From a virus (lineage: Duplodnaviria > Caudoviricetes), in IMG/VR virus record IMGVR_UViG_3300030047_000019, positions 1 through 61,401 of that record: DNA of 61,401 nt. One strand, given 5' to 3'. Numbering within the stretch: position 1 is the stretch's first letter; the number at the start of each line of letters is the position of its first letter. The translations under genes and the position numbers were made by a program. This document shows, piece by piece, positions 29,202-38,801 of this stretch. The notes under the pieces are model-generated. The model did no database searches and was not told the DNA's origin. It worked only from the letters and a program-made list of their open reading frames with translations.

Positions 29202-29885
29202 CTACTTTGCAATAAAAATCCCTCCAACCAACCCAACTGCTCCATACACATACCAATGATCCCACCATCTGCTTACAGGTTTTACGATCAAGGCATTTCC
29301 AACAGTAATTTTGCCATATGGGTTTTTAATCTTCGGATCGAACGGATCTGTTAGTCTTGCCTGTACCAGGTTATCCTTGCCGTTCTGAGTTGTATAGAGT
29401 TCGATTCCGGTTTGATAAAAATAACTTAAATCTGAACTGCCTGGTTGTATTGTCTGGTTCAAAAATAAATACCGGTCATTCCATTTCCCAATTTGTCCAT
29501 GTATGGTATCCGTTTTAGTTTTCCAAAGGGTATCATGCAGAGCCATGGTTGAGTGGTTAGAGGCTTCATATTTTAGTCTCAGCGCCTCCGTAAGATCTCT
29601 CCATTTAATATCATTTTTTCGCAGTTCCGACGCGCTACTTAGTCCGGCATCCAATAGGGCCTGCTTCAGGTTGTCTTTTTCAACCACATCAGCTCGGATG
29701 ATCGAGATAAGATCACCGTTTTTACCCTTATGAAAGGTAACCGAATCATTCATCGCACTTAGTTGCACACTCTTCAGTTGTAGTTCGTCCTTGAGTTTGT
29801 TATTCGAACATCGCTGAACGCCAAACACGCAGACAGCCAGTACTACTAGCGCCACCCACCAATACTTTAAAACAATTGCTTTCAT
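29202..29885 (-). CDS. Membrane-anchored lysis accessory (spanin-like) protein
   Basis: N-terminal TM, coiled coil, C-terminal hydrophobic tail; end of the lysis cassette. Confidence 0.5.
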   Translation of the reverse strand: MKAIVLKYWWVALVVLAVCVFGVQRCSNNKLKDELQLKSVQLSAMNDSVTFHKGKNGDLISIIRADVVEKDNLKQALLDAGLSSASELRKNDIKWRDLTEALRLKYEASNHSTMALHDTLWKTKTDTIHGQIGKWNDRYLFLNQTIQPGSSDLSYFYQTGIELYTTQNGKDNLVQARLTDPFDPKIKNPYGKITVGNALIVKPVSRWWDHWYVYGAVGLVGGIFIAK

Positions 29886-29889
29886 ACTC

Positions 29890-30075
29890 TCAGTTTAAAT
29901 ATTTGTTCTCAATTTCGCAGCCAGCAGCGCCCTGTTGGATCAGGTCAATAGCGCTTACCATATCAACCCGGTTATTATACTTCTCCGAATGTGCCAGTGT
30001 TTTACCGTTTTTAGAAACAATCTTGAAACTCCACTTCTGTTTGAAAAGTCCGTTTCTGGTGATTACTATTTTCAT
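29890..30075 (-). CDS. YegP/DUF1508 family protein
   Basis: WSFKIVSKNGKTLAHSEKY pattern. Confidence 0.75.
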   Translation of the reverse strand: MKIVITRNGLFKQKWSFKIVSKNGKTLAHSEKYNNRVDMVSAIDLIQQGAAGCEIENKYLN

Positions 30076-30446
30076 GGGTTTGATATTGTTTGTGATGATG
30101 AAGCAGTTATTGTTGATGTTTCGCTCGTATCCTTCACTCCTGTTCGCATCTCTGCAAACTTCTGGATTGCTTTTGGTACCACCGTGGCCACCACCAGGAT
30201 CGTGAATATATCCCAGTCGATTCGTTTAAGCTGGGTCATCAGCATATTAAACGACTGTTCGCTGATGCTCTTATCCCTAAGCAACTGAACATACTGGGCA
30301 AAATGCGATTCATACGACTCATTCGAGAAAAACATATAAATGATCAAAAGCACAAAAAACAGCGCCTCAAGCAACCGCATAAACGATCTGGAAACACTTC
30401 CATCCTTCTGTACCTCCTCCAAAAAACCTGTCTTCCCTTTCATCAT
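30072..30446 (-). CDS. Holin-like two-TM protein
   Basis: SFMRL..., two TM segments, next to the endolysin. Confidence 0.55.
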   Translation of the reverse strand: MMKGKTGFLEEVQKDGSVSRSFMRLLEALFFVLLIIYMFFSNESYESHFAQYVQLLRDKSISEQSFNMLMTQLKRIDWDIFTILVVATVVPKAIQKFAEMRTGVKDTSETSTITASSSQTISNP

Positions 30447-30598
30447 TTTAATTTTTTAATCAGTACAATCCTCAAATCAGCTTAATCATAGTTCAGACTC
30501 CTTTTTTTTAAGCCCTCCCTTGTGGGGAGGGTTTGTTTGGGGCTTTAAGTCTCCCCTTGTGGGGGAGATTTAGAGGGGGCTGGAGGGTTTGGGTGGGG

Positions 30599-31033
30599 CT
30601 ATCCTTTCACTCTCAACAGTTCCCCGCCCGTCCAGTACCTCACATCGCTGTGCACCCAGCTTACTCTATCCTCAATACAAGTGATCCCCAGCTCCTGCCA
30701 ATGCTCCTGGATATATTGCCTCACTTCTTCAGCCGGTACCGCGAAAAGCTTATCCGAAGCCCGCCCAAACGAATGCTGTGAAGTTGGCGAGTAAAAGCTG
30801 CTATCCGGCGTCCTCAATCCCGACCAGTTTCGGTCCCCGCCGTTCCACCAGCTGTTGATCGTCACGCTCCCAAACACATCCCTTAGTTTTTGATCAGCCT
30901 CAATCAACCGTGCATCGAGCAACCCGATTAAAATATGAGGTACCGACGAATATTTTAGATATAAATCCTTCGGAATATACTCGTCAAGAAATAAGTTGTC
31001 AGTCAGTTTAATTCGTTCCATTTTGTATGACAT
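30599..31033 (-). CDS. Endolysin, peptidase M15-like
   Basis: SGLR, SQHSFGRASD and WVHSD Zn-binding motifs. Confidence 0.8.
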   Translation of the reverse strand: MSYKMERIKLTDNLFLDEYIPKDLYLKYSSVPHILIGLLDARLIEADQKLRDVFGSVTINSWWNGGDRNWSGLRTPDSSFYSPTSQHSFGRASDKLFAVPAEEVRQYIQEHWQELGITCIEDRVSWVHSDVRYWTGGELLRVKG

Positions 31034-31036
31034 TAT

Positions 31037-31696
31037 TTAAGCTTCTTCTAATAATTTCATCCGCCACACTGCGCTCGTTTCATCTCCGGTCAGCACGCAG
31101 AGATATTCAGCGTCGATTGTATACGAGCGGTCACCCAGATTACCGGCATCCACTCCTGAGTGTTTTTCGCCAGTGGTAATCGTTGGCACTGAATAAAGAT
31201 TATACCATTCTTCATCATTTAAAAAATGCCATTGAATCATCCCCTGCATTACCCTGAATTCAAACCGTGGACCATACACGAAATTTATCCAATCCTCCTC
31301 CGATCCTGGGAATCCATTGTCAACTGCAATTTCATAGTTCGATTTTCCATCTTCACCTTTTAAAAATGCAATCTGCTCTTCGGTCAAATCCTGCCACCGC
31401 AGCGGGTCGCCCTTCAGTTCAGCCTTCTGTGCGTCAGTCATATCCTCCCAGTAAAGCCCTTTAAGCATCTGAAGTTGTTCAGGAGTGAAATCCTCAAACA
31501 CAAACGGATTTCCCTTTATCGAGGCAAACCACTCTTCCTTGGTACCCGTAAAAATGCCCGACAAAACAGCATCCAGGTAAGCAGATATTCCGGCCACCGC
31601 ATTACTCACTGTGATGTTTACCTCTTCAATAGGCTCTTCAACAGTTAAATTTACCTGCTCAATGGTCTCGTTTACTATGATTTGGAAAATTTCCAT
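31037..31696 (-). CDS. Tail-fibre-associated protein
   Basis: SAY..A...GF.GT.EEW..S.KG and FT.EQL..LKG repeats typical of phage tail proteins. Confidence 0.6.
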   Translation of the reverse strand: MEIFQIIVNETIEQVNLTVEEPIEEVNITVSNAVAGISAYLDAVLSGIFTGTKEEWFASIKGNPFVFEDFTPEQLQMLKGLYWEDMTDAQKAELKGDPLRWQDLTEEQIAFLKGEDGKSNYEIAVDNGFPGSEEDWINFVYGPRFEFRVMQGMIQWHFLNDEEWYNLYSVPTITTGEKHSGVDAGNLGDRSYTIDAEYLCVLTGDETSAVWRMKLLEEA

Positions 31697-31835
31697 TATA
31701 ACAGCCCCCCTGCCCCCCGTTGGGGGGTTCCTTTGCGATCTGTTGTTTTATCAATATATCTTCTCATAGCAATCATCTCGTTTCTTCGTTCTTTAAGCCC
31801 CCTCTTTTGGAGGGGGTTTGGGGGAGGCTTGTCCA

Positions 31836-32183
31836 TTACAGCGCCGAAATATAGCTTTGTATTACCCATTTCCCTTCAACGTAAATTTTTTCGCGCTGGT
31901 CCTGAAACCTGATCCGCAGATCCCACATATATGTCCCTGCTGCTAATTTGATTATCTGCGGAGGAATAGTGATTGTACGTTGCTCAACATTTATAACCAT
32001 AGTCCCATCCCCTGGCCTGAATTGCTGCATCACCGGTGTGCCTGACGATTTCCTCACCTGCATGATGGCTGCTGCATACTGAAGATTATACAAATCACCT
32101 TCGGGCAGTGTAAACTTGATGCCCTCAAAAGTAGTGTGGCTCTTGTATTCCTTTAGATTATGAGTTTGTGTCCCCATTTTCAT
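31836..32183 (-). CDS. BppU-like/tail accessory protein
   Basis: MQVRK...GTYMWDL...YVEG pattern. Confidence 0.5.
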   Translation of the reverse strand: MKMGTQTHNLKEYKSHTTFEGIKFTLPEGDLYNLQYAAAIMQVRKSSGTPVMQQFRPGDGTMVINVEQRTITIPPQIIKLAAGTYMWDLRIRFQDQREKIYVEGKWVIQSYISAL

Positions 32184-32205
32184 AATATGAGTGATAAATT
32201 TAACT

Positions 32206-32457
32206 TCACATTCCTAATAAAAAATAATCGGGACAATCACCCTCCTCCATCTCTTCCGGTCCCGATATATTTTTAATAAAACTACCTTTGTGCGCCCGTT
32301 GACGAAAGGACAAATCAACAGGCATGTCCCGGGACGATAGACTCCGCCCGATCAGCTTTTTTATATCCCCTTCATCCAACGGAATGAAAACAAATCGATT
32401 CAGCCCATCATCCCAATGAAATATCACTTCTTTACCCTTCTCTAATCCAACGTATGC
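32206..32457 (-). CDS. Hypothetical protein
   Basis: Likely start MAYVGL; the ORF-track extension is REP sequence. Confidence 0.4.
   Translation of the reverse strand, partial: AYVGLEKGKEVIFHWDDGLNRFVFIPLDEGDIKKLIGRSLSSRDMPVDLSFRQRAHKGSFIKNISGPEEMEEGDCPDYFLLGM
32277..32312 (-). promoter_or_regulatory. Putative late promoter, copy 4
   Basis: TGTCCTTT-N20-TAGTTTTA. Confidence 0.5.
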
Positions 32458-32612
32458 CATCAAAGCCTCCCCAACCCCTCCACAGGGAGGGGCTTTTTGC
32501 AATTCGTTATTTCAAAATTGTTTCTTTTCATATCATAAATCTAATTTCTTCGTTCTTCAAGTCCCCTCCCTTTGGAGGGGATTTAGGGGAGGCTGTAGGT
32601 TTGGAGGGGGCT

Positions 32613-33044
32613 CTATTTCTTCATCCACCACTCGTAAAAATCCTTCACCGTCGCCCGTCGCTGCCTGATCCTGCAAACCTTATTTCGGTGTATGCATAGT
32701 TGTTTTGGTTCGTAATAATAACTCCTGGGCTTTGGCGACGTCGATATCGATCCCGCCTTATAATCACGGCAAACCACCGCGAACCACACCGTATCCGGCG
32801 TATTCCCGAAAAAATAATCAGGTTCCCCGGCCTTCAGCACCTTCCCGTTTCCCAACCTGATATCAGCTTTCGGATACACCACAAACTTGTAAGTTATTCG
32901 ACCCAGCTGCTCAACTGTATCTGCAACCAACTTATTACAATAAGCCAGGTACTTCGTATACTCCCCTTGATCTGCCTTTTTAACAACCGTCGGCGTTGCT
33001 GCCATCAGCAGCGGAAACAAAAGCAATAAGTAAAGTTTTTTCAT
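32613..33044 (-). CDS. Secreted hypothetical protein
   Basis: Signal-peptide-like MKKLYLLLLFPLLMAA. Confidence 0.55.
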   Translation of the reverse strand: MKKLYLLLLFPLLMAATPTVVKKADQGEYTKYLAYCNKLVADTVEQLGRITYKFVVYPKADIRLGNGKVLKAGEPDYFFGNTPDTVWFAVVCRDYKAGSISTSPKPRSYYYEPKQLCIHRNKVCRIRQRRATVKDFYEWWMKK

Positions 33045-33141
33045 TTTTTTTGATTCTTTATTGGATATTCAATATTCGATATTGGTTATTTTCCTTACTG
33101 ACCTTAACCTCCTTACTTCCCTTATTTTTATTCCAGTCTTA

Positions 33142-33582
33142 TTAATCCGTACCTAATTCATCTTTAATCTTTTTCTTAAAAAGTCCTTCCAGATTATAAA
33201 ACCCTTGCCATTGTGTAATTTTAAAGCCGTTTTTTGCAATCGAGAATATAAGTACTCCCGAAATAAACCATCCGATTAGATTGTAAGTGGGTAACCATTG
33301 CTGTTTGCAGGTAGTATCCCACAGATACGCCATAATAATTAAAACGATGGAAATTAACATCCTTGGAAATGTTGTGCACCAAACAATTTTTGTTGAAAAT
33401 CTTTCGCCTCTCAATCGTCTGGCTGCCCAATATCCAAAAAGCATGTCCAGAATAAAAAATAGTATTACCAGGTGAACCAGATCCTTAATCGGAAGAAAAT
33501 AACCAATGATAGCACTGATCGTTCCGCAGAGTGTTTTCCAAACCCAATCAGCCATCGAATCTAAAGAGAGTAAAGTGTTCAT
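33142..33582 (-). CDS. Phage holin family protein
   Basis: Three to four TM segments, ILDMLFGYWAA...SIAKN pattern. Confidence 0.7.
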   Translation of the reverse strand: MNTLLSLDSMADWVWKTLCGTISAIIGYFLPIKDLVHLVILFFILDMLFGYWAARRLRGERFSTKIVWCTTFPRMLISIVLIIMAYLWDTTCKQQWLPTYNLIGWFISGVLIFSIAKNGFKITQWQGFYNLEGLFKKKIKDELGTD

Positions 33583-33595
33583 GACGTTTTGATTT

Positions 33596-33631
33596 CAAAT
33601 ATGGTGTGAAATGCTACTTAACGAAAGGACA
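33596..33631 (-). promoter_or_regulatory. Putative late promoter, copy 5
   Basis: TGTCCTTT-N20-CATATTTG upstream of the holin. Confidence 0.65.
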
Positions 33632-33753
33632 AAAAAAAAGCGACCTCCGCCGCTCTCTTTCTTTAAGCCCTCCCTTGTGCGGAGGGTTTGGGTGGGGCTT
33701 CTTTTTTTAAGCCTCCCCCCACGGGGGAGATTTAGAGGGGGCTGTTGGGCTGT

Positions 33754-34941
33754 TTACATTTCCACCAATCCCGCCGGCCTATACCCTTCTTTCAAATTAA
33801 TCAGATGGGCCTTGACCCAGCAAACTTGTTGTAAGTTTTTTTCGGTGGTGTACAACCTCGATGCCTGGAAACGTACAGGTGTATCAATATATTTGGCCCA
33901 ATACTCGTTGGTGTAATATAAAAACGAATTCTCATTCCAATATGAGACATGCGTCGGGTCCTGGAACGCACCCCGGCCATCAGTCGAAGGAACCTGGCAA
34001 ATAAGGTAACCGCCCGGAGCCAATACCCTCGAAACTTCCTGCATGGTATGTATTGAATCTCTTAAATGTTCAAATACATCCATCGCCCTGATTATCCCTA
34101 CCGAACTGTCATCAAATGGCCACCGTCCGTTCAGATCGCAACAAAAATCAGCATCCTTTAAATCAACCGTCTCATATCCCGGCTTTGACGCCATCCGGCC
34201 ACCCAATTCAACCTGGCGCAATCCGTTCAGATCCGCCCAACGTTCAACCAGCGTTTCAATATACTGATCATGTATCCTATGTACATTTTGCTGAATCTCC
34301 GTATGATACCTCCGGTAGGTTTGACCGGCGTGGTTCCGGTAAAAATATAATCCCCGGTCAATATGCCTGAATTGGGTAACAGCATACAACCGGCACATCA
34401 GATCCAGGTCATCCAATATCCGCATTTCAATGTTAAAACCACCAATAGCCTCATAAATCGTCCTCCGGAATGCACGTAAATGATTGGGCGCATACCATAT
34501 TTTCGAAATCGAATCAGGTGTTGGCGCAAACGAAATATGCTCCTCCCACAGCTCGTCATATTCCCTGTACCTCCAGCCATAAACCTCCGGAAAATGATCG
34601 CCTTTGTCATGTATCGTATTGCTGTATGCAAATCCCACCTCCGGATCTTCAAACGCTTTCTTCACTTCCTCAATGGCATCCGGGTGTAACCAGTCATCAT
34701 GATCCATCTCCAGTAAAACATCACCGGTACATTGCTTGCAAGCCAGCGCTTTTAACGGTCCAACCCATTCCGGAGCCGTCTCAATCACATAGTTCTTAAC
34801 TCTTTTGTCATCGAAGTCTAACACTTTTGCCCCATTATTGTACACAATCACCCATTCAAAAAAATCCTGGTCTTTAATCGATTCATACAATTCGGGTAAA
34901 TACTTGCTGTCATGGGTCGGGGTAAAAAGTGAAACTTTCAT
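33754..34941 (-). CDS. GT2 glycosyltransferase fused to a class I SAM methyltransferase-like domain
   Basis: SLFTPTH, EMDHDD and DDLD motifs; then ELGG, DVFEHL, RVLAPGG, DPTH. Confidence 0.8.
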   Translation of the reverse strand: MKVSLFTPTHDSKYLPELYESIKDQDFFEWVIVYNNGAKVLDFDDKRVKNYVIETAPEWVGPLKALACKQCTGDVLLEMDHDDWLHPDAIEEVKKAFEDPEVGFAYSNTIHDKGDHFPEVYGWRYREYDELWEEHISFAPTPDSISKIWYAPNHLRAFRRTIYEAIGGFNIEMRILDDLDLMCRLYAVTQFRHIDRGLYFYRNHAGQTYRRYHTEIQQNVHRIHDQYIETLVERWADLNGLRQVELGGRMASKPGYETVDLKDADFCCDLNGRWPFDDSSVGIIRAMDVFEHLRDSIHTMQEVSRVLAPGGYLICQVPSTDGRGAFQDPTHVSYWNENSFLYYTNEYWAKYIDTPVRFQASRLYTTEKNLQQVCWVKAHLINLKEGYRPAGLVEM

Positions 34942-35014
34942 AGATTAATTAAATATTGTTGTTAAAAAAAATCAGATTAATCAGCGTAATTAGCTTAATC
35001 ATAGTTCAGACTAT

Positions 35015-35701
35015 TTAAACGTTTGTCCAATCATTATTGTATGCACATAATCCAGGTGTGGTTAATGATGCCCATGCTGAGTTCCCTGTTACTTCTGGTA
35101 TTGGTGATCCATCTGCATAATGCTGTGCTTTCAGGTTTTCTGCCAACCAAACTTGTGTTCCAATTTTTACTGTATTATATCGGTAGCCGTCAATATCTAC
35201 AAAGCCGGGGTCTGTGGATGAATCACAAAGAAGGCGAATAGGGTGACCACAAGCTAAAAATTCATCTGAAACATTAAAATCATCATTGTTATAAGAAGTC
35301 AAAACATTATAGTGCATTCCATAATAGACATTTGACGTCCAGAACCCACCATAAGTCATCAGGTATCTATACACCCCATCATATCCTCTTGCACCTGTCC
35401 CCCTAAGATTAAAACCGCTTGAATTATCTGCACCCGTATTTGGACTATTCCAATGTAAGTATCCTGTTTCCTTTAAATGCCCTCCTCCAGTAGGCTGTCC
35501 TCCAACATTTGATTGTAACGTAAATACTTCTTGTGCTGTGGGTACATGCCATCCACTAACAAATGTTCCTCCTGTTGCGGCATACCAATTATAAAGCGGT
35601 CCAAATTTGGAGTTGGCGGGAACAATGATCGGTCTCGCTCTCAACAGTTTTCCAGTCGATCCAATCAGTAACCTCGTATTATTTAATATCAGGTCGCTCA
35701 T
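35015..35701 (-). CDS. FISUMP (Fib_succ_major) domain protein, circularly permuted
   Basis: LYNW, GWHVPT, W.SPN.GA.N.SGF, then DIDG..Y.TVKIG.QVW.AENL at the C-terminus. Confidence 0.8.
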   Translation of the reverse strand: MSDLILNNTRLLIGSTGKLLRARPIIVPANSKFGPLYNWYAATGGTFVSGWHVPTAQEVFTLQSNVGGQPTGGGHLKETGYLHWNSPNTGADNSSGFNLRGTGARGYDGVYRYLMTYGGFWTSNVYYGMHYNVLTSYNNDDFNVSDEFLACGHPIRLLCDSSTDPGFVDIDGYRYNTVKIGTQVWLAENLKAQHYADGSPIPEVTGNSAWASLTTPGLCAYNNDWTNV

Positions 35702-36387
35702 ACGTTTGCCCAATTGTTATTATATGCACAAAGTCCGGGAGTTGTAAGCGCTACCCAAGCTGTATTGTCGGTCACTTCGGGTATTGGATCTCCATCGTAA
35801 TAATGGGTGGCTTTTAAATTAGAAGATAAACAAACTATATCTCCTATCTTTATGGTTGCATATGTGGTACCATCAATTATAACGGTATCTCCTGGGCTCC
35901 AGGTAGAATCATCTTTGAATAAACGAATAATATTACCATACATAAATTCCTGCAAATATGCATCGGATAATTCAGCAGATGTGTTTGTAATGTAAGCTAT
36001 ATAAGCATGAGTTCCCCATAAGGAATCTGAAGTCCAAAAATTCCCATGTACATTAAATACAGAAAAATTTCCTGCTGCCCCACGAGTGCCTGTCCCCTTT
36101 GCATTAAATCCAAAACTATTATCTGCTCCTGTGTTTGGTGTTGCCCAATAAGTTGTTCCAGCCGCTTTTAAGTGTCCTCCCGCAACAGAAGTACCTCCGC
36201 AAGCGGAAATTAACGCTGTTAACTCTAACCTGGTCGGCACATGCCAACCACTTCTAAATATTCCACCATTTACTACATTCCAGTTATATAATAAACCATA
36301 ATTTGATCCTATAATTTGCCTTGTTCTCAGAAGCTTTCCCCCTGTTCCCATAAACCCAGCGCTATGTTTGAATATCACATCAGCCAT
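35698..36387 (-). CDS. FISUMP domain protein, circularly permuted (paralog)
   Basis: Same motif order as the adjacent paralog. Confidence 0.8.
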   Translation of the reverse strand: MADVIFKHSAGFMGTGGKLLRTRQIIGSNYGLLYNWNVVNGGIFRSGWHVPTRLELTALISACGGTSVAGGHLKAAGTTYWATPNTGADNSFGFNAKGTGTRGAAGNFSVFNVHGNFWTSDSLWGTHAYIAYITNTSAELSDAYLQEFMYGNIIRLFKDDSTWSPGDTVIIDGTTYATIKIGDIVCLSSNLKATHYYDGDPIPEVTDNTAWVALTTPGLCAYNNNWANV

Positions 36388-36389
36388 TA

Positions 36390-38801
36390 CTAAGTCGTTT
36401 TGGTAAGCTTTAAATAACAATTAGGCTTGGCATACCACGCCTGTGAAACCTGTACACCTTTTACCTGTACCCCGATAGTGGGCGAACCTGCCGGAGTTAT
36501 GATGATCCCGCTTAAACGAACAGATTGTGCGCCTGCAACATTCTGGATCGGAATTATTCCTGACCCCTGGCCTGTTTGTCGATATGATTTATCTGCGGCT
36601 CCTGCCGTTTGCGGACCCATTACAACCCCTTCAACGGTGGCTCCGACAACACTACATTGAATACCAACCTGGCACCCCTGGGTTCCGGCAGCCGGTTGAA
36701 GCCCTATTACCGCTTCGTACTGATAGGTAGTTGAAGGTAAAACAGAAATTGGAGTAAAAATATTGGTAACGGTTTGTGCCGTACAGGCAACCTGGTTGCC
36801 TTGCACGCCAAAATCAACATGAAAACCTTCTCCCTGGTTGCCTTGCGGCCCGGTAACTGATGCCCCTTGATTGCCTTGATTTCCCTGGTTACCTGATCCG
36901 GTAGCACCTTGATTTCCTTGGTTGCCCTGCGGTCCGGTTCCGGCTGAAACAAATTCCAATCCATCTTGAGTTCCTTTTACAGCTAAAAACTTCCCTTGCT
37001 GACCGGTATAACTCGATGGACAATCGAACAACAAAATGAATTTCCCATCTTCCGTGGCAAATTGATTCCCTTCATTTCCCTGGTTTCCTTGGTTACCTTG
37101 ATTTCCAGCTCCCTGACTTCCCTGATTTCCCTGGTTACCTTGATTTCCAGCTCCCTGACTTCCCTGATTTCCTTGGTTCCCTTGATTTCCGGCTCCCTGG
37201 TTGCCCTGATTCCCCTGGTTCCCTTGTGGTCCGGTTCCGGCTGAAACAAATTCAAGCCCGTCTTGAGTTCCTTTAACAGCTACAACTTTACCTTGTTGAC
37301 CGGTATAACTCGATGGACAATCAAACAACAACGTAAACTTGGCATCAATCACCTCTACCTGGTTCCCGGCATTCCCTTGATTTCCCTGGTTCCCCTGATT
37401 CCCGGCTCCCTGATTTCCTTGGTTCCCTTGATTTCCTGCTCCCTGATTCCCTTGATTTCCCTGATTCCCCTGGTTGCCTTGGTTTCCCTGGTTACCAGCA
37501 CCTTGATTTCCTTGATTTCCTTGCGGTCCATCTTCCGGTGGTACATAACTGGCCAGCCATTCCATAAATACCGGGTCGGTCTCGGTTGTAACCGAAGCAA
37601 TTCCCTTCTGTATCTTGATCAGGTCAAAATCTATTATCGTATCCGTCTCAATAGTCGTTGATGTTCCGGTAAAACTGATCCGCACCCGGTTAATCAGGTT
37701 ACTGGTCGCCTTGAAGTCCGTAAACGGTATAGTAATGGGCTGGTAAGTGGTCAAAGAAGAATCAAATCCATATTTTCCATCCTTGATATATACAGGCTGA
37801 CTGCATACATTAAAGCCGTTCATCAGCTTAATGTAAATGCTTTCCGAAGTGCCAAACATCCGATTGGTCCGCACACTTAAAACCAGGGTCGATTGACTAA
37901 TGTCAACCGTTGTGCTTTTGATAAACGAAAACAAGATCCGGCCAAAAGTTTCCGGGTCAAACGTTACCCTTGTTTGCTTCGTACCATGCGAAGGACTTAC
38001 CGTACTTTCATAATCAATCGAAGCCGTGGCTTCGGTATGATCGGTAAACGAATCCCATTCCACATTCTCATCATAAATCATTTCATCGGTTATCGATGCT
38101 GGCGAAGTCTCCCCGGTTGCTACCAGTATATTTTCAAGTAAAAGCTGTGTGAGCGGGTCAAGCTCCGGGGCCAGCGGCGGATCGGCAGGCGTACCGGTTG
38201 CAACTCCTGAAACTGACGAAGTATTAACGTAAAACGAATCAATCCGGTCAAGCGTTCCATCGGCAGGGTCAAGGGTAATCTCATGTGCAGGCGAAGTGTA
38301 ATACTCGCCCTGTATGTAATAACCACATTCCGAAACCAAAAACACCAAATCATGCAGCCAGGTAACTGTTCCATATACCCTGTAATCCGGATCTTTCGAT
38401 TGTTTCAGGTGCAAAATCTGATCCGGGCCAATCTTTGCCTGGTCTTTCGATTCTGCTCCGATGGTTACGGGTGCATGCCCTCCAGAGAAAATCTCCACAA
38501 AGTTTTCTCTTTCTAACCCATCTACGAAAGTATAAGTATGAGTAGTGAAATTATCCTGAACCGTATCCCATTCATTAATCGTGTAATGAATAGGGACTTC
38601 ATACCCTTCTTTTGGTAGTCTTATAGTTACCGGTGCGCCTATGCTTCGGGTCCCGGGCAGAACTCTATCCAGGTATTGATCGATGGTTTCAACAACCACA
38701 TACGCAGGATCAGGCAAATTGGCAACATAGTAGTAATTGCATGATTTTGCATCATAAGGTGTCGGAATACGAACTTGTCTCGATGCGTTTATATCAATCA
38801 T
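36390..38801 (-). CDS. Collagen-like (GNQ)n tail fibre
   Basis: Three Gly-X-Y tracts, duplicated 39-aa spacer, C-terminal beta domain. Confidence 0.8.
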   Translation of the reverse strand: MIDINASRQVRIPTPYDAKSCNYYYVANLPDPAYVVVETIDQYLDRVLPGTRSIGAPVTIRLPKEGYEVPIHYTINEWDTVQDNFTTHTYTFVDGLERENFVEIFSGGHAPVTIGAESKDQAKIGPDQILHLKQSKDPDYRVYGTVTWLHDLVFLVSECGYYIQGEYYTSPAHEITLDPADGTLDRIDSFYVNTSSVSGVATGTPADPPLAPELDPLTQLLLENILVATGETSPASITDEMIYDENVEWDSFTDHTEATASIDYESTVSPSHGTKQTRVTFDPETFGRILFSFIKSTTVDISQSTLVLSVRTNRMFGTSESIYIKLMNGFNVCSQPVYIKDGKYGFDSSLTTYQPITIPFTDFKATSNLINRVRISFTGTSTTIETDTIIDFDLIKIQKGIASVTTETDPVFMEWLASYVPPEDGPQGNQGNQGAGNQGNQGNQGNQGNQGNQGAGNQGNQGNQGAGNQGNQGNQGNAGNQVEVIDAKFTLLFDCPSSYTGQQGKVVAVKGTQDGLEFVSAGTGPQGNQGNQGNQGAGNQGNQGNQGSQGAGNQGNQGNQGSQGAGNQGNQGNQGNEGNQFATEDGKFILLFDCPSSYTGQQGKFLAVKGTQDGLEFVSAGTGPQGNQGNQGATGSGNQGNQGNQGASVTGPQGNQGEGFHVDFGVQGNQVACTAQTVTNIFTPISVLPSTTYQYEAVIGLQPAAGTQGCQVGIQCSVVGATVEGVVMGPQTAGAADKSYRQTGQGSGIIPIQNVAGAQSVRLSGIIITPAGSPTIGVQVKGVQVSQAWYAKPNCYLKLTKTT

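Noticed and set aside
35015-38801. Tail fibre or FISUMP genes as DGR targets
   Set aside because: No segment matching the TR was found by eye
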